NCBI GenBank assembly: GCA_050575255.1
Contig: JBNZDD010013718.1
Span: 4,680,261-4,744,260 of the forward strand
DNA length: 64,000 bases
Origin: Harriotta raleighana
Lineage: Eukaryota
Reading direction: 5' to 3'
A program made the position numbers and the translations under genes. How positions within the stretch are numbered: position 1 is the stretch's first letter; the number at the start of each line of letters is the position of its first letter. The notes under the pieces were generated by a model that searched no databases, had not been told where the DNA came from, and saw only the letters and a program-made list of their open reading frames with translations. Shown here one piece after another: positions 41,901-53,900 of the stretch.

Positions 41901-44900
41901 CGAGCAGCTCTCCGCTCCCCACACTCCCTCCCCCGAGTGGTTCTCTGGTCCCCCCACACCCCACCTCCAAGTAGCTCTCTGTCCCCCACCCGCCCCCGAT
42001 TCCCCCCCGCTCCTGAGCGGCTCTCTGCTCCCTGCCTCCCCAAGTCTCCCCCCGCCTCCAAGCGGCTCTCTGCTCCCCCCACGCCCCGCCTTCGAGCGAA
42101 TCTCTGCTTCCTCCCCCGCCTGCCACTCTTCCTGCTCTCTCTCTCTCTGCCTCCCTCCTGGGCTCCCCCTGATTTGCCCACTTCCAGGGTGGTAGGAGAG
42201 ACGAGAGCAGAAAGAGTGGGGTGGGGGGCAACAAGAGCTGGGAGAGGCAGTCGGAGTGAGGAGCGGGCCAGCCAGCTGTAGCCCGCCTCAGTACATACCT
42301 TGCTTTCGGATGTCCCTGGAGGCTTGAGGCGACTGGATTCCCCTAACTCCCCTTTTCCCATTACTTCTTAAGCTTCTCCAACGCGATTTCGCTGAGCGCG
42401 CAGTTTTCCAGGACCGTAACCCCCTCGATCGACGAGGGTTAATGTATCTGTGAATCTGTCATGTTTTCCATTCTGTAGTGCCACCTGGCCTACACGCAAC
42501 AGAGCTTTTAGAGAATGGACTGAATTTTCCACTATTCATTTTCAGTATTAAACTGTGTCCAAGAACACATAGAACTGGATACACTGTGAAAAATCTGTAT
42601 TTGTGGATCATTTTTCGAACAAGACTATTTTAAAAATTAGAATAAGAGATGTGAAGCCATAAGTGTGCCCTGAGCACATAATAATAATCAGCCTAATAAT
42701 AAAATAATCTTTATCTTTCAAATAATACACCATTGAAATATTTTAACATATTTCACTGGATTTTTACCTTGAAATGTAATGATTCCACTTGCAGGAAAAC
42801 AAATGATCTTAACATTTGATGTAGAATGCAAGACAGGATCCATTCTAAAGATATTACATTCTAATTCAACTAGAGTCAGCTGTTTGTCTTAAGTTACATT
42901 TGACATATTATTATTATTATGCATCATTTATGTATTGCTAAATCTAGCTACAAAACCTCCTGTACACAAATTCAGTCCAACATTTGATACTTCGCATGCT
43001 CTCAACATACAATGTTTTCCCCTTTGGACATTTATTGGAGTCTATGCTCTCTCATTTAATTTTTTTTAAATTCTGTTATAAAACATAGCAACTATAAATG
43101 TTCTGGAAAATTTAGGAGACTGGTATTATGTTACCTTTGTCCCAGTTTAGAATTATATCTGTTTGAATGTTAAAAAGATGCTATTTTCTTCCACATTTGT
43201 TATTTTTCATGTTGCTCCTATCCTCAGACATTGTTTCATTGCAGCAACTCTTCTGTTTTTTTACAAAAGAGACCTGGTTTAAATGGTAGCACTCTTGCCT
43301 CTCAATCAGAAGTTATAGGTTCAAGCCCCTGGTCAGAACTTAAAATGCTTAGTCGAAGCTTATGAATGCTCTAGTACAGTGTTGGGAGAATGCTGTGGGA
43401 ACACTGTCTTATCAGAAGTAGAATCATCTTTCTTTGGATGAGATGAAAAACCGAGGTGCTGTTCGGATGCATGTTAAAAATTCCATAGCAGTTTTCCAAA
43501 AAAAAGAAATGAATTTTGCCAACAATCTCCCAAATGAAATTGATCATTCCCCCCATAACTGTTTGTAGACATTGCTCTGCGCAAATTGGCTGCCACGTTT
43601 GCCTCCAAATTCACTGCACTTTACCGTAAATTTTGTGAAGCGCCTTAACATGCATTGATGTCACAATAAGGTTCTTATATCAAATGCAAGGATTATTGTT
43701 ATTATATCATAAAGAGGAGATGGAACAACTGTGTGGCGAACAAAAGATTTCCTTTCAATGCCTTCTCTGATGCCTTCTTACACCCTCTCAAATTGAGGTG
43801 TGCTAAACATAAGTCACAATAAGTAATCAGCACCGTATTACACCCTCTGAGTTTTATAATCCATAACATTCATGCCTTTTAAAAATTCTGCCGCCATTCA
43901 ATAAATGTTTTAGGGCTGAATTAAAAATGCTTTGTATTCAACATACAACCATGTCACATTGAAAGATCACAATGCTTTCCTGAAATTTGATATATTTTGA
44001 AGTATGGTGACTGTTTCATGTAGGCTAATCTGTGCCAGGATTGTCCCACAATCAAATGATGCAATGTATTAATCACATATCAAATATCAGTTGATCTGTG
44101 TGCCTAAGGTCTTAGAATCAGGGTCAGTAGTAAATACAGCCTTGCCTGTTGCTCTGAAGATAACGTTATTCGTCATCTTCTGTGCCCTTGGCTATTTTAG
44201 TCACTAAACTGGAGATTTAAGCAGCATGAAGCAATTCACCATATATAACTGCATTAGGTCATTGTAATGGGCTGCTGGGTATATTAACTTTCAACTGAAT
44301 CAAAAGTACCAATACAAAACAGCTTCTAATATTCCTCATTCCCACTGTGTTCTTGTGCCACTGTTTCCACACCAGTGGAATTATGTTCACCTCCGGAGAA
44401 TTCTAATGATGTTTGAAGAACATTCGGGCAGATTAGCTGAGATTGTATTATAATATAATCAAAACATAGAGAAATGTAGAAAGTGTTGAAGGATATTAGA
44501 TTTGAAAATGATATTAAATTGTGTGTGCTTCCTCTCTGCTTTGCCTTGGTCTTACTAAAACAATTGTAAATGTTTTTGATAGAAGAAACAGACAGAATTA
44601 CATAGAACATTACAGCATGGAAACAGGCTATTTAGTGCAACTGGTCCGTGCCAGTGTTTACATTCCATATGATCCTCACCCCTTCCTAATCTCCTCTCCC
44701 TTACCTTTCTTTTCATCTCCCTCTTGTGTGCATCAAGTTTCCTCTTAAATACATTGATCATTTTTATTTGTTGTTTCAACCACAACTTCTAAAAGTGAGC
44801 TGCACATCATCATTCACTGTGTAAACTCCCTTTTTAGATCTGCTGGTGGTCACCATAATGATGTTGTAACATTTTGGATTCAGTGGTGGAAACAGTGGAA

Positions 44901-47900
44901 GTGGAAACAGTCCATTAACGTAGATAGTGACTTCCATTGATTAATGAGTCAATGATAAGAGGATAGAAAATGAGATTTACCACCAGAAGAAACAAAAGGG
45001 AACAAGAAAAAACTGTTTTTGCCCACAGGATTGTCAGGAATATCGAACACTTTATAGCAAATGTTAACCAAAGCTAAATTCACAACAGGATTATTGTTAA
45101 CAATAATGTTTGCATTGATTCAGCACCTTTTTTATTGGAAGAATGTTTCAAAGCACTTCATGCTGTAAAGTTTAATGATAGCATTTTGTAGGATTAACAA
45201 AGTAATTGAACAAATACTGATGGAAGAAAATATTATTTAAGGCAAGAGGGAAGAGCAGGGGAATGAGATTAGAGTACTGTAGATAATTTCTGTGGGGGAT
45301 TTAGCACCAACACAGGCCAAAATGGAATGAATGGTCGAGTTCTGATAATGGGTTAGTTTTTAGTGTTGATAAAGAGTTGGTTGTGTGGCCAGCTCTTTAA
45401 TAACATTAAACATTGTTCTGTAGAATTGCTAGGGCAGTTGAACGAAAGCCAAATTGATTCACATCGCCTGCTGCAGTGCAAATTCATTTCCTGGCAAAGA
45501 AAAAAACTTCTTCAGCAACCGTTTTTCGACTCGCAAAAGACAAGCTGAATGTGGATTTTAAACTACTCTGAAAAACATTAATGAAATTGCCAGTTTCACA
45601 GTCAGGCCTTTTATACTGTAAAAGAAGTACAGGGTACTGTATTTTGTTCAGGAGACTTCCAGTAGTGTTTAGTTTAATCTGATTCTCACAACAAGTTATC
45701 GGCATAACATTTATGTCGTGCCCTAGACACAGCAAAGTATCTATGTTCATTGAGAAGGAGTGGGTGAATTCTGTTGTCACTGTAATTTTGTGGTTGTTGC
45801 TGTTGTAGATGTGATATAATATAATAATCCTTGCAATTTAACATAGCATTTTTCATGTCTTCTAGACGTCTTAAAGGGCTTCACAGAATATACTGTGAAT
45901 TGACTGTATATTTATGGGCAAAACAGGGCAACCAATTGCAACAGCAGTGCCCCACAAACAGTCGTGAATTGTGTGACCAAATATTTTTTTTTAAGGATTA
46001 TTATCCCCGGATAAACAGTCTGCCAATTGACCAACAACCAGGTTCCTACTTACTGCTAGATAAATAGAGGCAATGTGGAGTAAGGAAACTTGTTCAAACT
46101 TGCGCCCTACAGGGAATAGAACCCAGGTCATTCACTTGTGATGCGAGTGGTCTAACCACTGAGCTACAAACATTAGAGCACGATATGTGGTACATCTTTA
46201 CAGCTTTCTTAAAAAGCATTTTGAAAAGCTTAGCGTTGCTCAACTCAAAATGGTAACCTAGGTAACTAAGTGCCCTTTCCCTTACCTATTTCCAGCACTT
46301 TACTAGCATTATTAAACTATGATTTCCCATGATCAACTGAGATCAAATAGTTTCAACAGGGAAGCCTAGAATTTTAAAAGCTCAGCTCCCTTTCCAGAAT
46401 TTATCCCATCTAAACAGCTATTTATCTGCTTATAAAGTTGGGTAAATAAAATTATTGGGAGGCGCTTATCTCTTAGTGGTCTCGATCCATCCATCTCTCA
46501 CTTCACAGGAGCCCAGAGTGCAAACTTGGTAACATCTCCAAAGTGAAGTGCTTCAAGGTGCTAGTATACCCTCTAGTGGTCTTGATGGAAAACATCGACT
46601 TGACTTTCTTTGAGAAATTGGATTCATTATCACTGTCATCACTGTGAATGGTCTTTCTGTTCTGATAGTACTGATTTCCGCACCTGCCTCCACCCACCCC
46701 GCTTAATCTTCAGAGATTGAATCTGGTAAATTTCAACCCAGTTCCTAAAGAATAATAATGAACAATAAGCCTTGTATTTGATCTAGCGCCTTACCACTTA
46801 TTTGAGACGTCTCAAAGCGTCTGACGGAATACACTGTAAAGTGAATTGACTGTATATTTTGTGGGCGGAAATCAGAACTATCAGAACTGAAAGACCATTC
46901 ATAGACAGTGATAATTAATCCAATTCTCAAAGAAAGTGAGGCAGAATGCAAACTATATCTCTAATTAAATAGCAGTTGACATCAGTTGTCAGATCATAAG
47001 GAGAAGATGCTTTTCTCAGGTTGTCGTCAAGATTCATGGTTTGGATTGTTGACAGAGTGTACAACAACAACAATAAAATTACACTTGTGTAGGGCCTTTC
47101 ATGTCAGGAGGACGTCCCAAGGAGCTGGACAGTCATTGTTTCAGACCCAAGCTGGGTTGGGGACAGGCAGAGTGGGGGGTAAAGAGAGGGATTTGGAGTG
47201 ACCAATGGAACCGTTGAAGAGGAGGATCTTGAGGTGGGACTTGAAGGAGGCTAGGGAACGGGGCAAGGTGGAGGGACTGTGGGATGGAGTTCCAAAGATT
47301 AGGGGCAGAGTGGCTCAAGGTGGGTGAGTCAGGGGACATGGAGCAAGTCAGAGCCTGCTGAGCAGAGGGTGGGCAGGTTGGTAGGGGGTTAGGAGGTCGC
47401 AGAGGTATGGTGTGGTGAGGCCATGGAGGGCTTTGAGTGTGAGGACCAGGATCTTAAATTGAATCCTCTGGGTAATGGGGTCGGGCGAGGATAGGGGAGA
47501 TGGGATCACAGAGCTTGGAGCGGTAGAGCACAGGGGCGGCAGAGTTCTGGATTATCTGCAGTCTATGAAGGAAGGAATTAGGAAGGCGTAGTCGAGCCTG
47601 GATGAGATGAAAGTATGAGAGGGTACCTTTGTGCTTGGCACGTTCCTCACTTGGAATGGAGATCTTGATATTCAATTAAAATGCTGCAAATGGAGAAAAG
47701 CTTGCCTACATCCGTCAGGTTGATTACCAAATGTTTAGCAAAGAAGAAATATCTGTTCAACCAAGATCAAAGTTGAGCTGAAATGACCAGTATATATCTT
47801 CCCACTACTTAATATTGAACTACTGGATATTTTGAGAGCATTCATTGCGGAGTAGGTAATCTGCTGGATGGAGAATAGTACATGGCTTGTGGAGTTCTTC

Positions 47901-50900
47901 AGGGCAAGAAGAAAATTAAATATATTCAAATACAACATTAATGAATTCGCTAGGCAATAATTCTGATAAGCCAACTTTCACCCGTCATTCTTTTACATCT
48001 TCAACATTTGGTTCAGTATTTGTCTTTGTCTCCCGGTAGGAATGATCAGTTGTAGAGATGAAAGGCTTCCTACCTCTCCTTTTTTCGATCAAAATAAAAC
48101 ATTATTAGTATTACAGTATTAACATTTCTGCAGATCAAGTTTTAAGTGCTATTGTTATGTCTCACTGTGGGTGGACCCAAGGGTTAAGGAGGACCGTTAA
48201 TGTAAGCATTAATTGACTGTAGCAAAAAATATTTTGAAGTTGTTGAAATAAGAACTTTCCTGTTAACTGAATCGCTCATAGTCAGAATGTAAGGTATCAA
48301 TTCTTTGTAAGTGTCTGGAGTGTTGAATTAACTAAGGGATCAGGAAAGGCTAAGAGTTTAAAAAAAGTGACTTAGCATGAAAATATTACCCTCCGAATTT
48401 TCTTTTCGGTAACTCGTTACATGGTTTATTTTTCTATTACTTCACAAGTCTGAGGTTTGTATAAATCTATGGGAGTTAGACATGAGGCAGCAGACAAGGT
48501 CAGAGTGGACCATGCGGTCACCCAAACAACTCAGTGAGCTTCCACCCAACGAATGGTAACTTAGACACTTCCCTGGGAAAGTATTAACTAAATATTTGGG
48601 CCTGTCAGAGTTTTAACATATCCTTAGGTTAAGGAAGAAAGATTAAAAAGCATGATAAGAGCTTTACAGTAATATTTAGATACAACCCAGGATTGTAAAT
48701 TGACTTGACACCTTGCCAATGAAAACATAGCTGTTCGGTAATACCAATTGATGCCCTGTTTATACAGCACTTTCTTTGTTTTTTAAACAATCTGCGTAGT
48801 GCAGCGATTCGAGGGGATACACTCAGTCCAGTGGATTGGCAAGGAATTTTCAAGGAGCTGTTGTTTATTAACATGTCAGTCACTTAACCAGTTTTGTGTG
48901 TGCATTCAGTTAGAAATGCAACGTGACTAACTCCCGAATCAGGTGTGTTTTTCTAACATTCCCCCGACCAGTCCAATAAAGAGCAGTCTGATTTGGATAC
49001 TGATTTGAAGCAAGGTGATGGGTTTCCACAAGTGTCAGACAACTACCTAACCGAGCAGAGGTAAAGAGCAGAAAGTATAAATCAAGACTCCACGTGAGCC
49101 AATATTGATGTTTGAATCATTTCATTACTGTAATGTATATAATTTTCCAGCATCACAGTCCTAAAGGATTGATAACATACCATACAGAATTAATCAGGCC
49201 AGAGACAAGAGTATCTCTTGAATTGACAGAGCCAAAAGGTTTTAAGATGCTATAATACTTATAATGTGCAGCGTTGTGGGGTATTTGAAACTGTAATGCA
49301 CACATTATATTAATTTTAGATTGCTTTCCTTTATATCTTTGAAATTTTTTTTGGAAATGAATTACAAACAAAACTTCTATAAAAGCCTCATAAACTGAAG
49401 TTCATCAAGTTCATTTCTGGTAATTCACTAGCTAATTTTAGTTTTAAGAATTCAAATCCGGTGACTATAAGATTAGGTTGCATCTAGTTTTATTACAGTA
49501 CAGTATTGAGCTGTATTTGCGTACAAAAGGAAGGATTTTCCTGACAAATAAGAGACTATTTGCCAACTGAAAAATGTAATACTTGAGCAAATTTCTGATG
49601 GAAGGTTTCTGCCCATAGCGATAATGATCTAAAGATTTCATCTTATCAGATTGGCTTAAGGGCACTCCACTCTTAAGTGGTTTATAGCAGAATATCTAAT
49701 GTGATGTAATCATGTTGAACTAGATACTTATTCAAGCCTAAGCACAGCCATTTAAGCTCTGTCTGTGATTGTCCTTGGTCTCTTGCTTGCAGTCAGTCAG
49801 AGTGAAGGTACTTTGCACAATTTCATGGTGATTTTTTTTTCATCATTGCCCAACTCTATACAATCCAAATTAAGTGTTGTCCTAAATCCAAATTTCAAAT
49901 TCAATCTGATATCACCCGGGGGAATTTCAAAACAATTTTTGAAGGCCGTTTGCGGTCGTCAAGTGACGGCTCCATTAATCACGATGATTGAAGCTAACGT
50001 TTGTAACTTCATGTGGAAAGACAGGATCTTTTTACCATCCAGCATTATTGAAAACTGAGTTGCTATTGATAAACTACCGATTCCTTAGATTTACACTAGA
50101 TCTTGTTTCAATTGTAACCATCATTTTGATGAATTTCATTTGTTTCCAGTTTCTTCTGACAAAAACCGTGCTCGTGCTCACAATGAACTGTTTCCACTTT
50201 TATATTCCCGTGTTGCAGACCTCAGTCATAAGGTCAGTCATTTATAGCAGTCTTCTGTTCAAGGTAATATGAACCAGAGTTTCAGAAGGCCCTTGTATAT
50301 CATCCATTGGTAATGTTAATAAATGGCATTTTATTATTGTGATATCATGGCAGTTGGCTGCTGTATCCTATTAGTCTGTGCTGCAAGCAAAAGTAGCTTT
50401 GCTCTGTGTCATGGGGCCAGTTTAATCCTTAAAGCTGAGCTAGGTGCCAAGAACCTTTTATGTTAAACTGTCAGAGAAGATACAATATACGGGAGCCATT
50501 TAAAATTGTCTTTCAGTTAATATTATAGAAAAATTTTAAAATTATGGAAATTTTAGTACATACGGGGGCCATTTGTATCCTCATGCCTAGGCCAATGCCA
50601 GCTCCACTTTGCTGCTACCTACGCTAATCCCAATTATCTGATTTCTAAAAATATAAAACATCCTTTTGTATTTTTAATATCCATCAACTTCTTCTGATAA
50701 ATAATTGGAAAGTTCATGGTTGTTGTTGTTATAGGGCGGATGGAAGTTGACAGTGGGCTGTTCAGTATAACCAGTTGTTATGCGCTTTCTTTACCCTCAT
50801 TATACAGTAGTCAAAAACTAAATCAATATTGATGATGTGCAGTTCCCATACATTTGCAATGGATCCTATTTCAATTGCGAATGAGTGGGACAGTTTGCAT

Positions 50901-53900
50901 GTTGAACATATTTACATTACGCAGCCATATTAATCATACTACAGGAAATTACTTCTGTAAGTTTTTTTACAAATAGCTCTAAACAAGTGCAGCTATATTA
51001 GTTCATTTCTATTGTGTTTGGATGAGTGAGTTAACAGTCCACTAATTGATCCTAGTTCCCAAGGGATGACTTTCTCCTTTTCAAGCCTATTACCACTGTC
51101 CAAAGCAGACACTTAACCACTGATTGCTTCTACTGTGTGTTTCCAAATACATCTGGGGGGGTTCTCCGGCCCTCCACCAACCTGAAATTACTTGTGGCCA
51201 CTGTTTTCATAACATCATATTCCCTTCTGATGACAGATTAATGGAGCTGGAAAAACAACAGCTGCTTCTGCTGTCTGAGGCTTCAGTAGATTCGTCAAGT
51301 CTACTGTCATTTCAGTCACTGAGAAAGCAACTGTTTGGATCGCAAATGTTGCATGCTTAGAAATTTGCTTCTTTTATGCACTGCCTGAGTATTCCCACTC
51401 TATCATAAACTAATTGCAACCTATGGCAGATTTGGCACAAATTCAATTCATGTCATAGCAGTACATAGATGTGAAGGGCTTTTGAAACCTCAGGTTGATT
51501 TACCTCATGTTATCTATTTTCTTGTAAGAAGATACTAACTCCTGATGTTCCAAAATCCGTCCTACTTATCTGTTCATTGTTATTGTACATGGTAAAGTGT
51601 CAGAAAGCCCTTCCAGAGTTTATCCGTGCATTGGTGAAAAAAAATCTAAAAATGATTATTTTATATTGAATTACTGAAATGACGTTCTCTATTTTTAAGA
51701 ACTTAACTGTTGCCCACTTGTTTCAATCTTACCTTTGGGACTTTAACATAATTACTTGTAAGACATTTCTACCCTTCCTAATCTGAGTTATGAATATATT
51801 CTGACAACAATAATCTGTGTTCTGGTTAATTCTTCTGCTAATAGGTGCCAAATATGACAAGCTGGTATTTTTACTTGGCCAATTCTATTTTCAATTTTTG
51901 GAGTGTGTCTTTTTTTTAATATTTGCATCTTTGTTATATTGATCTTGGTGGGGAGAGCTTTAGATTGAGAATGTTAAGAGGAAAATTCCACTAAATGTAG
52001 CTCTGGCTCAAATTCACTAAATTTTCATTACCTGCCCAAACTATTCTGTTCTGCAAATTGTGTCCCGCAAGTTTTATGTGTGGTCAAAAAAGTAAATCTG
52101 GACCTTATTTGCAGTAACTCTTATTTTGGTCTGTATTTTAGACATTGGACAGTGCACCTCACTGCATAGACACGGTTGTCTTCCTTGCTTTTTAAACTGC
52201 TCCACATTCACAAAATGTGAACAAAAAAACAAGTGAATTGGAATTCAAAACATGAGTAAATTGTTTTCTGTGATGTGATGAAATTGGTTCGGAGGAAGTT
52301 CAAACCCTTATTTTTTTTTGGACATGCATCCAATCAATATGTTATTGTCTGGTGTGTTGTTTTTAAATCTTGCTTTCTCCCCTGCTTGTCCAAAATGGTT
52401 TTAATTCTGTTTCTTGATCTTGCTCAATCTTCACTACTTGATTAATCATTCTCGCCCTTATATCACCACTTTGATGTTCTTTTTACTTTTTTCTCCCAGC
52501 TTTCCTTCTATATGTGCAGCTGTACTGCAGATTACATATTTCCCACAACTAACTGCTGAGCAGCTTCATTCTGTGTCAAGCCTTAATAACTTCGGATCGT
52601 TCAATTGCTTCTTTCTACAGACGAACCTTTGTACAAAACCTGGACATACCTGTTACACTATGAATGGTGAAGGTGTAGGCAGTTTTTAAGAGTAGTCATT
52701 ATCATTAGTTCATCCTTGCCAAAGCTATAAGCTCAAAATGTTTTTTGGATGACATGCCAGAACTTCGACATTGCTTTTCTGCCGCTGTGGGACACAGAAA
52801 ATGATTTTAAGATGCTATGCAGACATTTGTAGCTTGATTACTTGCATGAAGTATTAACCACTGTACAAGTGATATATACGTACCTCAGCAAATCATATTT
52901 AGTGGCAAACAAGGCACTGGTAACTAAACATACAAGCTTGGCTGAGGAACAAGATTCACATTTCTGGTAAATTGTATTTATTTTAAATTTGAACGTGCGG
53001 CATGGAATACTAAAGTAAGTTACACGGGCTATTAATAATGGCTGTGTACTTTGCACTCCTTTTGTATATTTTAAAAGATGTTAAAAAGTGACAAAGGGTA
53101 CTGAGCAAAACTTGGAAGGTTGGTATAAATAATCATTTCAGCATCAACATCAAAATAGATCTGACTGTTATGTGCAAGATTAAACAGAACATTTAAAAAC
53201 CAGACTAAAAACATTTTCAAGTTGAAGGTTATTTACTAACCTTTGAAGCCAACTTAAGTATCACTCGGAGCACATGTTTTGTGTGACGTGATTTGATAAT
53301 AGAATTAATAAATGATTAGCTTTAGTTTACAAAGAAATTAAGCTTACAAAGTTAACTTATCAAGGCCTTCAGTTGGCCCCACTTCAATTCCTCAGTACAA
53401 GTTGAGTCTCTTATTTCTATTCAATCATATTACTTGATTGTCATTTCAACCACTGGTGTTTTTTTTCTCCCCCTCAAGTCCATTACTGTTTTCAAGAAGT
53501 ACTTCCCTGGCTCGAAAGACGAGCAATAAACTCTTCCATGCTGCAGATGCCAGTCATGTGCTAAATCATCTCATGCCGCTTCCCCTCATATGTCTTTCTG
53601 CATTTAGAGAATTTTCTATTCATGATAAAAAATGATTAACTTCTAAGGCGGGAAGACATTTCAAAGCTCTTCACGGGCTATACTATAAAACAAAGTGACT
53701 GTGTGTTTTGCAGGCGAATTTAAAATAGAAGTGTGTTTTCTTTGGCCACAGTAGCCTGGTGTCACTAAACTGCTCCGAGGAATGCATCTGAAGGTAAGAT
53801 TGTGGTGCTGGGAGCAAAGTGACAGAAGTGGAGCAATATGGAACAGATACCCTGATTTATGCTGCACTTCCTACTTTACTTTGTATTTATGCTTTGAGCT

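Noticed and set aside
41721-42361. Long Pro-rich and Gly/Arg-rich ORFs on both strands (also 20246-20719 and 5509-5718)
   Set aside because: They are by-products of the GC-rich minisatellite inside the TIR element and have no domain features.
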